Shown piece after piece: positions 34,153 through 54,791 of a stretch of DNA of 64,000 nt. The notes beneath the pieces were generated by a model, which saw only the letters and a list, made by a program, of their open reading frames with translations, was not told the origin of the DNA and made no database searches. Position numbers and translations under genes: made by a program. Source of the DNA: Antechinus flavipes (Eukaryota); contig NC_067401.1 in assembly GCF_016432865.1 (NCBI RefSeq), forward strand, positions 868,001 through 932,000. Direction: 5' to 3'. Positions within the stretch are counted from its first letter, which is position 1. The number at the start of each line of letters is the position of its first letter.

Positions 34153-35487
34153 TTGATTTCCCAAAAGTAAGGCACTCCCCAGTGTGAGCATGAGCCTGTG
34201 GCCACAGGCTGGCCTCGTAGAGAAAAAGACAGAAACAGAGCAAGGACACTTAAAAATCTGGGCTCCTCGGACACGGAAGGGATCGGGGCCCAGGACCGCG
34301 TCAGGCGGTCCTGCCCGCCGCGGACCCTCACCGGGCGCACATTCGGGGCTCGCCGCTTCCGGAAAGCCCTTCCTCCGCCGCTGCCTCCCCAAGGGCGCGC
34401 TGTGCTCCGCGCGGGCAGCCGAGGAACCGGGGAGGAAGGGTCCGAGAGGCAGCTTCTGGCAGCCGAGAGTTTCAGCATAGAAAGGTTAATTCACAGTAAG
34501 GCTGTAAAAAGTGTTTTTAAAAAGAGTGCAAGAAGAACGTGGAACGTTTGGAAGATTAAAAGCAGCTGAGTTACACTGCGTGCTAGCTTTGGGGGAGCCC
34601 CTCTGCAGGACGACGCCCAACTTCCACCTCCCTGCGCCCAGGCTGGTCTTGATGGAGCTGGTTCAGCAGCACGAGAAAGGGGGGCCGCCACAATGGTCCC
34701 CACCGACCACCCCGGTCAGCAAGCCCGGCTCACTCCTCCTGCCGCCGCCCACCCCGCAGAGGGAAACAACGACCCTCGGAAGGGGTGGCCAGGGGCTCTG
34801 TCCCCCTCCCAGAGGAACCGGCCAGCTCTGCTCCCTGGGCCCCCACGCCCTGATGGCTCCTGACTTGGAGAAGGCACTTTTTTAGGCTCAGACGGTCGCT
34901 GCTCTTTGTCCCTGGCTTCTGGAGCCAGAGAAATCTAACCCTGTTTCTTAAAAACAGAAGGGTCCGAAGAACCCCCAAACACCCCGACGCTCTAATTCCG
35001 GTGGGCTCGCCCAGTGCCACCTTGGCACTGTACTTCAGGGGGGCAAACGAGCCCACGCCCGCGGCTGGCGGCTCCTCTGGGGAGACGAGCAGGGACGCCC
35101 ACTTTCAGGGTGTCTGATCACAAAGGGTTAGATGGCGAAGGCGACTTCAACCCGAACCGAGGCCTCGGTCCCAAAGAACAAACAGGAAGCCGAGAAAGGC
35201 GCCGGAGCCAGCGGGTGGGGGGGAGGGGGGCGGCCCGACCCCTTCTGTGAGCGCGGCTGATCCAGGAGACAAAGGGGCCCGGGGGGTCGGAGCCGCGTCC
35301 ACCGGGCCAAGGAGGAGGGCTTCTCTCAGAGTGTTTCATGGGCTACAAGAATTCGCCAAGGGCTATTGAACACAAGGCTCTTTACTGAAAGCATCGCGTT
35401 AATGGCGGCCGGGGCGGGCTTTCCTCGGCGTCTGCGGGGCTCGTCTGGGCAGAGCAGGTCGGGCCGCCCGCGGGGGCTCCACGGAGG

Positions 35488-35531
35488 CTAGTTCTCGAAT
35501 CTGGCGTAAGGGTTCTGTTCTTTAAACAGGC
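35488..35531 (-). CDS. PTTG1IP: PTTG1IP last coding exon (GLFKEQNPYARFEN*)
   Basis: TTTCCAG|GC acceptor; YxxPhi endocytosis motif; TAG. Confidence 0.95.
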
Positions 35532-38500
35532 CTGGAAACGAGATGTTCAGAGCACAGCCCGGTGACCCAAGGGGCAGAGAAACAGCTTCCCAGCTCTCAG
35601 GGAGGGGGGGGGCCCAGACCCCCTCCGGCTCCAACCTGACTGGGGGACCCACCGCCCACGACAGGAAGCCCCCCCCCCTTCACAGGGCCTGAGCCCTTCC
35701 TGTTCCTCCCTATGGCCCCCAGAGACAGGGCTCCGGCCCTGGGGCCCAGCACCCCCTCCTAGGGAAGGGTGGGAGCAGTGGGAAAAGTCAGGACGTCGTG
35801 GGCCACCGGGTCGGAGGAGGTGCCCAGACAAGGCCGGGTCCTCGCCCTTGGTACCCCCAGGCCCAGACCAGCGGCTTCTCCCAAAGCTTCACACACGATG
35901 ACAGGGAAGAGGGTCTCCTGCCAGCTTCCCCCAGCTTGCGAAGGCCGCATCCTGCTCGCGGACGGGGGAGTGCGGGCAGGGCCGCGTGTGTCGGGCCCAG
36001 CGGGCCTCTGGGACACCTCCCGGACAAAGCGCCCTCCCCGCGGGGCACCGCCCATGTGGCTGAGGCCGCACGCAGACCAACAAAAGGCTCTCACCATATT
36101 TTTTCCTGATTTCTTCGTGTCTGGACTTCATCTCCGCTCTCCTGCAAGAAGGAAATCCGGTCACACACCGAGAGGACCCGACTGTCCCTTTCCGTTTGCA
36201 CGCCCCGGGAGCGGACGCTGGCACGCTGACCCCAAGGCTGGCTGCCCGGCGCCTCCTCTCACCCGGAGCCTCGAGACTCCTGAACTCCCAGGGGGAGACG
36301 CAGCGACCACAGCAGCCTCCTGGCCGCGAGCACGCGCCCTCACCATGGGCAGACCCCTGACGGCCTGCGCTCCCGCCCTCCCTGGCCGGCTCTTCCCCGA
36401 CGTCCCCCTCCTGCGTCCCACGTCCAGCTAGAGATTCCCCGGCAGCCGCCCAGGCCCCGAGGCAGCAGGCAGGCGTCTGCCCCTCCCCTCCTAGGCCTCT
36501 GTGGTCTCCATTCTCCCCAGCCCGGCCTCCGGGCACTGCCAGGCTGGACGCTGGCTCCACACGCCCGCGTCCTGGACTCCCTCCGAGGCTCATTCCTCAG
36601 CATCCCCGGCCAGTCTCACCGCCCCCCCCCCTTCCTTTTGCTGATCCCACACCCCAGACCCTCCTTGGCTCGGGCCGGCTGCCCTTCTAGCCTTGGGCTC
36701 CAGCATGGGCCGGCCCTCAGAACCAGCAAAGAGAACGGCGTGATTCAGATGCAGCACAAATGCAGCACAGAGGCTGAGGCTGGAGGCCCGAGTCAGCCCC
36801 CGGAAGCCCGAGTCAGCTCCCGGAGGCCCGAGTCAGCCCCCGGAGGCCCGAGCCACCCCCAAAGACCCAAGTCAGCCCCCAGAGGCCAGAGTCAGCCCCC
36901 GGAGGCCCGAGCCACCCCCAAAGACCCAAGTCAGCTCCCGGAGGCCCGAGTCAGCTCCCTGAGGCCCGAGTCAGCCCCCGGAGGCCCGAGTCAGCCCCCG
37001 GAGGCCCGAGCCACCCCCAAAGACCCAAGTCAGCCCCCAGAGGCCAGAGTCAGCCCCCGGAGGCCCGAGCCACCCCCAGAAGCCCGGCCTGAGCCGAGCC
37101 TGGAGATCCAAGTCGGGCCCTGGAGGCCCGAGCGGGCGGGGCGCCCTCACCTCTCCTCCTGCCGAACTCTTCTCTCTTCTCTCTCCCTGGCAGCGCGCTC
37201 CTCCTCTTTGTCGGACCTGCCAAGACCAAGAGTCACCGGTCAGTGGCCGCAGCTGCGGGCCCGGGCCCTGCCCCAGGCGCCCCCCGAGGCTCACCTGGGG
37301 TGTTTCTTTTTCCGGCAGCAGCAGCAGCAGCAGATGGTGATACCCAGGAGGAGGGCACCTCCCACCACCGACATGGCGATGATCAGGGCTTCGAAGTTCA
37401 CTGGGACACGAGGACGAGCAAAGTGAAGGTGGCCCCAGGCAGCAGGACCCCCCCCCCCGGGGTGCATACTGCAGCCTCCCGGCCGTGAGCGCCCCCTCTG
37501 CATGGGGGTCTAACCCCATCTGGCCTTTCCTACGGGAACGCTCCCCCCTCCTCACGGCAGGACCTCCCCCGCTCACCATTCCCTCTTGTTTCAGAGGACA
37601 AGGTCCCTGAGCACAAGGCCCGGCCCCTCACAGTCGGTCCCCGTGCGGAGCACTCCTAGTGCCCAGGAGCCAGGAGGACCCCCCCACACACACCACGAGG
37701 GCCCAAGGCCAGCCTTCGATGGGGACTGCGGCCCCGCGGGCAGCAGGAGGGAGGGAGCACTTACCCCAGCACACGCCCCATCGGGCAGAGCTCAGCTGGC
37801 AGAGCGAGCTGGGCGGCAGGATCTTCCGGACCGGATAGTCCAGGCAGGCGTTATTCGTATAGCACCAGAAGCACTGAAACGGGAGGGAATCAGAGCTGAG
37901 CGGCCCTCGGCCTCCCCTCACGGGGACGTGCCTGGGAACGGGGGACGGGGAGCACACGAGCAGGGGAGGAGGAGGAGGGAGCCAGGGGCACCGTCCTGTG
38001 GCTGGCGGGCCTGGCCCTGACTGGCCCCCTACTGAGGGGCGCTCCCCTCCCTCAGGAAAGCAGGAGCCTCTTCTCCCGGCAGATTCATGAGCCCAAAAGG
38101 CCTGAGGGCAGCGCTCAGCCAGGTGGCAACAACGGGAAGACTACCTCAGCCCTCCTAAGTCTCAGAGGCTCTGGTCTGGCCCCGGGGAGGTCTGGGGTAT
38201 CCCAGGAAAATCAGCACACTTGGCACAGACGCTCCAGGATGGGCCTAAACGTCGGGCCTCGGTCCAGCAAAACTGGCCTGCAGGACCAGCCCGGAGCACA
38301 ATTCTGCCCCGAGGGCCTGGAAGTGCCCGGGAGCACCACCCTCCTCCCAGAAAGAGCAGCCCCAGGGGTCCCCCCCATCCGGAACCAGACAGGCCCCTGT
38401 CACTCAAACGGGCTCCTTCTGTGTCTGCGTTCAGTCTCACCACCTGGAGTGAATGTCCTCAGGCCACAGGCTGGCCTTGGCACCGGGCCCTGCCCTGGAC

Positions 38501-41500
38501 CCTGCCAGGGGAGGTTCCTGCCAGAGCCAGAGCTTCCAAAGCTCCCCGGGTGCACAAAACCCTCTCTCCTAAGAGAAAACCCCAGCCTGGCTGACCCACC
38601 CGCCCACCCACCCACCAGCAAGCACTTTTCAAAGGCCTGCAGGCCATCGGGCTCCGGGAGGAGCCCCACAGGAGGAGCTGACCAGGAGCGGCCTGGGACG
38701 TGGGGGAGGGCCTGAGCACTTACCGAGACGTTCTTCAGGCACTCGCTGCAGGATTTGTTGGTGTTCTCAGAGCAAGCTGGGGGGAAACAGCCTCCATCAG
38801 ATGCAGAGGAAGAAGGGGCCCACATTTTAATGCCCCCAACTCCCCACAAGGACCTGCTGGCACCAGAAAAGCCTCAACCGGTTGCTCATAGAATCCTGAC
38901 GTTCAGGGCCCTCTGCTTTACAAAGGGGGAAACTGAGGCTCAGAAAGGGGCTGCCTCCAGCCTGGACTCTGCAACAAGCCTTGCATGAGTTTTCTCTTTC
39001 CCAACGGACACAATCTGCCATATTCCCCCTTCCCCTCACATCCCCATGGAGAAAAAAGAGAAATGAGACTCTAACAAAGGTACAAAACCAACATCCCGAC
39101 CTGCTGCAAAGCCTTGAGCCAGGACGAGCCAGGATATCCCCAGACATCCCCAGGATGAACCAGGACAAGGCGGGCCATCCCCAGGACGAGCCAGGACAAG
39201 GTCGGCCATCCCCAGGATGAGCCAGGACGAGCCAGGACATCCCCAGGATGAGCCAGGATATCCCCAGACATCCCCAGGATGAGCCAGGACAAGGCGGGCC
39301 ATCCCCAGGACGAGCCAGGACAAGGTCGGCCATCCCCAAGGTGAGCCAGGACGAGCCAGGCCATCCTCAGGACGAGCCAGGACGAGCCAGCACGAGCCAA
39401 AACATCCCCAGGATGAGCCAGGATATCCCCAGACATCCCCAGGACGAGCCAGGACAAGCCAGGACGAGCCAGCACGAGCCAAAACATCCCCAGGATGAGC
39501 CAGGATATCCCCAGACATCCCCAGGACGAGCCAGGACAAGGTCAGCCATCCCCAAGGTGAGCCAGGACGAGCCAGGACATCCCCAGGATGAGCCAGGACA
39601 AGGCAGGCCATCCCCAGGACGGGCCAGGACAAGGTTGGCATCCCCAGGACGAGCCAGAACATCCCCAGGATGAGCCAGGACAAGGCGGGCCATCCCCAGG
39701 ACGGGCCAGGACAAGGTTGGAATCCCCAGGACGAGCCAGGACGAGCCAGGACATCCCCAGGATGAGCCAGGATATCCCCAGACATCCCCAGGACGAGCCA
39801 GGACAAGGTCAGCCATCCCCAAGGTGAGCCAGGACAAGCCAGGACATCCCCAGGATGAGCCAGGATATCCCCAGATATCCCCAGGACGAGCCAGGACAAG
39901 GCGGGCCATTCCCCAGGACGAGCCAGGACATCCCCAGGATGAGCCAGGATATCCCCAGGACAAGCCAGGACAAGGTTGGCATCCCCAGGACGAGCCAGAA
40001 CATCCCCAGGATGAGCCAGGACAAGGCGGGCCATCCCCAGGACGGGCCAGGACAAGGTTGGAATCCCCAGGACGAGCCAGGACGAGCCAGGACATCCCCA
40101 GGATGAGCCAGGATATCCCCAGACATCCCCAGGACGAGCCAGGACAAGGTCAGCCATCCCCAAGGTGAGCCAGGACGAGCCAGGACGAGCCAGGACATCC
40201 CCAGGATGAGCCAGGATATCCCCAGATATCCCCAGGACGAGCCAGGACAAGGCGGGCCATTCCCCAGGACGAGCCAGGACATCCCCAGGATGAGCCAGGA
40301 TATCCCCAGGACAAGCCAGGACAAGGTTGGCATCCCCAGGACGAGCCAGGACATCCCCAGGATGAGCCAGGATATCCCCAGACATCCCCAGGACGAGCCA
40401 GGACAAGGTCAGCCATCCCCAAGGTGAGCCAGGACGAGCCAGGACATCCCCAGGATGAGCCAGGACAAGGCGGGCCATTCCCCAGGACGAGCCAGGACAT
40501 CCCCAGGATGAGCCAGGATATCCCCAGGACAAGCCAGGACAAGGTTGGCATCCCCAGGACGAGCCAGGACATCCCCAGGATGAGCCAGGATATCCCCAGA
40601 CATCCCCAGGACGAGCCAGGACAAGGTCAGCCATCCCCAAGGTGAGCCAGGACGAGCCAGGACATCCCCAGGATGAGCCAGGACAAGGCGGGCCATTCCC
40701 CAGGATGGGCCAGGACGAGGTTGGTATCCCCAGGACGAGCCAGGATATCCCCAGGATGAGCCAGGACAAGGCGGGCCATTCCCCAGGATGGGCCAGGACA
40801 AGGTTGGTATCCCCAGGACGAGCCAGGACGAGCCAGGACATCCCCAGGACGAGCCAGGATATCCCCAGATATCCCCAGGACGAGCCAGGACAAGGCGGGC
40901 CATTCCCCAGGACGAGCCAGGACGAGCCAGGATGAGCCAGGACAAGGCAGGCCATCCCCAGGACGGGCCAGGACAAGGTTGGCATCCCCAGGACGAGCCA
41001 GGACATCCCCAGGATGAGCCAGGACAAGGCAGGCCATCCCCAGGACGGGCCAGGACAAGGTTGGTATCCCCAGGACAAGCCAGGACTCTGCCTGAGAACT
41101 CTGGGCGGCCCCTGCCCTGCCCAAGCTAGGCCTTCCAAGGCTCTGGGCCTAAGGTCACCAGGCTTCCCCAGGAAGCCAGAATGAGGAAGCGGTGTCCCTC
41201 CCTGCCCCTAGACGATGTGGGCCAGATCAGCCCAGGGCCCGGCTCACAGGCCACATTCCCCTCTGTTTACTGGGTTAGGAGCCCTAGTAGGTGAGGTCCT
41301 GGAGGGCAGCAACGGGCCCTTCCCAGGGCTCGATAAAGGCTCGGGCTGAACATGAGGCGAGTAACTCAGAGCCCCTTTATCAGGACCCAAGACCTCCCCC
41401 AAAGAAAGAAGCACGTGGGGGGGTGAGGGGAAACAGGACCAGAAGCGCCTGTGGGAGGGGGGACCAGGACAAGAACTGCACAAGGAGGGGGGAAGGGAGA

Positions 41501-41967
41501 CAGGACGAGGACTCCAGAAGGACCTTGCAGGTGGGGGGGTTACAACCCCCCCCAAACAATGGCAAACTGGGAGACTCGAGACAAGTCCCGGAAAGCCTCC
41601 GCTCTGGCACCTCCAAAGTCGAAGCGTGATTGGAGGGAGGAGGGGGTGACGCAAAAACCAGGGGAAACCAGGAAGGGGCGCGGTGGGGATGGGTCCTTCC
41701 CGTCGGGACCAGCGCGCCCCGCCCCACTATGCGCAAGCGCAGGTTGCCCCCAGGAGAGCCCGACTCCCCCGCTCTCCTCCCCGCGCAAGCGCAGTGGGCT
41801 CGCCCTCAGCCCAGCTCCCTCCTCGCCCTCCATCCTCCCCCCACTCCGCTCTTACCAGCGGCCGCGCTCTGGGCGGACACGGCCGGCCCGGACGGAGGCA
41901 GGAGTAGCGGCAACAGCAGCAGCAGCGGCCCGAGCAGCGCGGCCCGAGCCGGGCCCCGGGGCTCCAT
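35488..41967 (-). CDS. PTTG1IP: Pituitary tumor-transforming gene 1-interacting protein (PBF), 178 aa, spliced gene span
   Basis: Exons 41967-41856, 38776-38724, 37873-37765, 37400-37295, 37216-37151, 36141-36095, 35531-35488 join in phase: signal peptide, PSI domain (CSENTNKSCSECLKNVSCFWC...), transmembrane helix, CCCCCC cluster, basic/acidic tail, C-terminal YARF motif. Confidence 0.96.
36095..36141 (-). CDS. PTTG1IP: PTTG1IP coding exon 6 (47 nt)
   Basis: TTGCAG|GAGAG acceptor, TATG|GTGAGA donor; RAEMKSRHEEIRKKY. Confidence 0.95.
36782..37090. repeat. 20-bp minisatellite in PTTG1IP intron 5
   Basis: GGAGGCCCGAGTCAGCCCCC tandem units with a variant block (AGCCACCCCCAAAGACCCAA) recurring three times. 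Confidence 0.9.
37151..37216 (-). CDS. PTTG1IP: PTTG1IP coding exon 5 (66 nt)
   Basis: TTGGCAG|GTCC acceptor, GAG|GTGAGG donor; SDKEEERAAREREEKRVRQEE. Confidence 0.93.
37295..37400 (-). CDS. PTTG1IP: PTTG1IP coding exon 4 (106 nt; transmembrane helix and Cys cluster)
   Basis: TCCCAG|TGAAC acceptor, CAG|GTGAGC donor; NFEALIIAMSVVGGALLLGITICCCCCCRKKKHP. Confidence 0.95.
37765..37873 (-). CDS. PTTG1IP: PTTG1IP coding exon 3 (109 nt)
   Basis: TTTCAG|TGC acceptor, GG|GTAAGT donor; CFWCYTNNACLDYPVRKILPPSSLCQLSSARWGVCW. Confidence 0.96.
38724..38776 (-). CDS. PTTG1IP: PTTG1IP coding exon 2 (53 nt)
   Basis: CCCCAG|CTTGC acceptor, TCG|GTAAGT donor; CSENTNKSCSECLKNVS with two N-glycosylation sequons. 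Confidence 0.96.
39115..41085. repeat. ~2-kb VNTR built on 10-11-bp CCAGGA units in PTTG1IP intron 1
   Basis: GAGCCAGGAC / ATCCCCAGGAT units; higher-order landmark CCAAGGTGAGCCAGGAC recurs six times. Confidence 0.97.
41856..41967 (-). CDS. PTTG1IP: PTTG1IP coding exon 1 (signal peptide)
   Basis: MEPRGPARAALLGPLLLLLPLLLPPSGPAVSAQSAAA; donor CTG|GTAAGA; phase 1 fits exon 2. Confidence 0.9.
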
Positions 41968-42300
41968 GAGCAGGCGCTCTGCGGCCCCTGCCGCTCACGG
42001 ACGCGGACGCGGAGCAGCCCCCGGGGACAGAGAGGGACCACGGGCGGCCGCGGAGCTGGTCACCGCTTTCTGAGCCACAGTCCGAGCTCGTGACTGGGCA
42101 GGCGCGGGGCGGGGCCGGGGCGGGGCCGGAGCTGGGGGCGTCACTGCGCAGGCGCCGAACGCTCCCGCGAGAGCCTGCCCGTCCCTAGGGGAGGGGGAAG
42201 AAGGGGCGGAGCGCGATGTTTACTCTCCTCACTCTCCTGGGTCCTGCCCCACCTCGTCTCCCCTCCCGCAGCCCCCGCCGCCCGTTCAGCTCTGGGCTGC
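41968..42300 (-). promoter_or_regulatory. PTTG1IP: PTTG1IP CpG-rich promoter and 5'UTR
   Basis: Tandem GGGGCGGGGC boxes (~42105-42127), NRF1-like TGCGCAGGCGC (~42145). Confidence 0.75.
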
Positions 42301-43184
42301 ATAGGCAGCAGGGGTCCGGGAGGGGCGGGGGGGCCTTTTAGGCCCAGTTTCCTGGTCTCCAGTACGATGGGGGCACCCGCGGTGTCCTGCTGAGCATTCT
42401 CGGGCCGGACAAGCCCAGACTCCCACGGTCCCTGTGGGCACCTGGCGCGAAGGTCCCGGGCTGGGAAGGGGCCCGTGTCACATGGGGCTCACTGCCCTGG
42501 GGTGCGCCGCCCCCGTCACCGCCCTCGCACCCTACTAGGTGAAAGCCTGCGGAAAGGGGGGTCCTCGCTGGCCTGCAGCCCAGGGACTTGTGTGGGTCTG
42601 GGGGTGTCCTAAGGGGGGTCCCGAGCGCCGACATCACTTCATGGCTTCGGAGGCCGGGGCCCACTTGCTCCGCCCTCAGGAGTGGAGGGCACGAGGACAG
42701 AATGTGCCCCAGGGGTCTCCCTGATCTCTCCTCTCTGGGACCCCAGGGCCTGGGCGGAAAGACATTTAATAAACCCAAGTAGCTCCGAGCGGGCCTCTGG
42801 GAGGCAGTGCCGAGAGCTCTGTGGCTGCGGGCAGGGCCCGTGGGATAGACCGGCTCTAAGGCTTGGTTAGGGGCCTGGCAGGAAGGAAGCTCGGTCCAGC
42901 CTCGGGGTCCGCCTGCCGCGGGCGCCCCTTAGGAGCCGGGCCACAAGCTGCTGCCCAAACTCACGAGGGGCAGGGAGGAACTCTTGTTCTGACCCTGAAT
43001 TCGGAGGCGACCGAGCAGAGGAGGATCCCCTCTTAGCAAAAGGGAGGGGACGGTGCCGTCTCAAGAGGGCAGCTGTGCATTCTGGGGAGCGATTCGGAGC
43101 TAGGCCCGAAAGTTACCGCTCTGTGCGTCCCCTTGATCCAGCAGTGTCTCCACTGCTTCTATCCCAAAGGAGGGAAAGGGGCCC

Positions 43185-43850
43185 GTGTGTGCACCAATGT
43201 TTGCGGCTGCCCTGTCTGTAGGGGCCAGAAACTGGAACCTGAGCGGCGCCGTCACTGGGGGAAGGGCTGATAAATTGTGGTCTGTGAATGTTGTGGAATA
43301 TGATTGTTCGGTAAGGAATGACCAGCAGGAGGGTTTCAGAGAGGCCGGAGAGACTCACAGGAACTGAAGCTGAGGGAAGGGAGCAGGGCCAGGAGGTCAT
43401 CATATACCTCACTATGCGCCTCTACAACGATACTGTACGGGGGTGTATTCTGATGGCTCCCCAGCAATGAGAGGAACCAAATCAGTTCCAATGGCGCAGG
43501 AATGCACTGAACCAGCGACGCCCAGCGAGAGAACCCGGGGAGGTGACTAAGAACCACTTCTTGGAATTCCCAGTCCCTCTGTTTTTGTGCGTCTGCATTT
43601 TTTATTTCCTTCTCAGGCTGATCATTCACTATTTCAGAGTCTGGTTCTTTTTGTCCGGCAAAATAACTGTTTGGACTTATGTTGTATTTAACTTACACTT
43701 TAACATATTTAACATGTATTGGTCAACCTGCCATTTGGGGGAGGGGGGGAAGGAGGGGAAAAATTGGAACAAAAGGTTTGGCAACTGTCAATGCTGAAAA
43801 ATTACCCAGGCATGTAACTTGTAAATAAAAGCTATAATTTTTTTAAAAAA
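43185..43850 (+). mobile_element. LINE-1 3' end (ORF2 C-terminus, 3'UTR, AATAAA and A-rich tail)
   Basis: CAPMFAAALSVGARNWNLSG...DKLWSVNVVEYDCSVRNDQQ resembles the L1 ORF2 end; 3'UTR ends GTAAATAAAAGCTATAATTTTTTTAAAAAAA, a dasyurid-type L1 tail from memory. Confidence 0.85.
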
Positions 43851-44008
43851 AGGGGGCAGCTGTGGGTGGGAAGGGGCGTCTGAGGGGCCCAGGCGTGCTC
43901 CAGCTGCCCTGTCAGCCGGCGGTTGGCAGGATGGAGCTTTGCTCTCAAAGGCTCATGGGGGCGGGGGGGGGGGGCTGTAAGAAGTGAGGCTTATCCACCT
44001 GTCGGTAT

Positions 44009-44014
44009 TTTAAT
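44009..44014 (-). terminator. ITGB2: Probable ITGB2 polyadenylation signal ATTAAA
   Basis: Only ATTAAA/AATAAA-type hexamer I found within ~850 nt downstream of the stop; overlaps a plus-strand AATAAA. Confidence 0.55.
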
Positions 44015-44496
44015 AAAAGTGTTTTCACAAACAGAAGCACGGTGAAGTTGACTGGGGCTGTGCGCGTATTTGCTGGTTCCTGCTTTGTCTGGGGCAGGGG
44101 ATGGATCCTGGCACCCGCTGCACTGTGGCCTTGGTGCCCGAGGAGGCCCGAGGCATTCCCGCCCCAACCTGCAAAAGGGCAGCAGGGGCCAAGGGGAGGA
44201 ACGGCCCAGGAGGCTGGGCAACAGGGGGACTAGTGAGCGGATGCCCCGCCATCCCTCCTTCCCCCCACTCATCGGTCCGTCCGTCTACGTCCACCCGTTG
44301 TCAGCATCACCTGGGCTTTCCGGGTGGCTCTGCCACAGGTTTTCCGCTCTCCCAATGGCCTAGATCCCGCTCAGTGTTGGGAGCAGGCGCCAAGTGGAAT
44401 CTGGGGGAGGAAGCCCCTCCCAACTCACTTTGGAGCGGGTTTGGCGGGCAGAGGGACCAAGCAGGAGGAGCGTGGACATCTGGTGTCCGGCCCACA

Positions 44497-44722
44497 GACG
44501 GGCCAGAGACGGGCTGGAGACGGGGGCTGGAGACGGGCCAAAGACAGGACAGAAGATAGGGCTGGAGCCGGGGGCTGGAGACAGGGGCTGGAGACGGGCC
44601 AAAGACAGGACAGAAGATAGGGTTGGAGACGGGGGCTGGAGACGGGGGCTGGAGACGGGCCAAAGACAGGACAGAAGATAGGGTTGGAGACGGGGGCTGG
44701 AGACGGGGGCTGGAGACGGGCC
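44497..44722. repeat. 61-bp minisatellite in the ITGB2 3'UTR
   Basis: GGGCCAAAG at 44535, 44596, 44657 (period 61); each unit contains three ~13-bp GGGGGCTGGAGAC subunits. Confidence 0.92.
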
Positions 44723-44831
44723 GGAATCGCGAGGGTCAAGGCTAGCTCCGGGGCTCGGGAGGCAGGGGGCCGCCACGCCCCAGCCCAGGGTCCGGAGCTC
44801 TCTGCAGCTTTTTGGCGGGACTGGCAGCCCC

Positions 44832-54791
<9,960 letters not shown>

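Noticed and set aside
39115-41085. CRISPR-like array
   Set aside because: Eukaryotic intron; no unique spacers between the repeats
39036-41138. 700-codon minus-strand ORF and overlapping ORFs
   Set aside because: Lies wholly within the CCAGGA VNTR; the unit is poor in stop codons, several frames are open, and the peptide only repeats the DNA period
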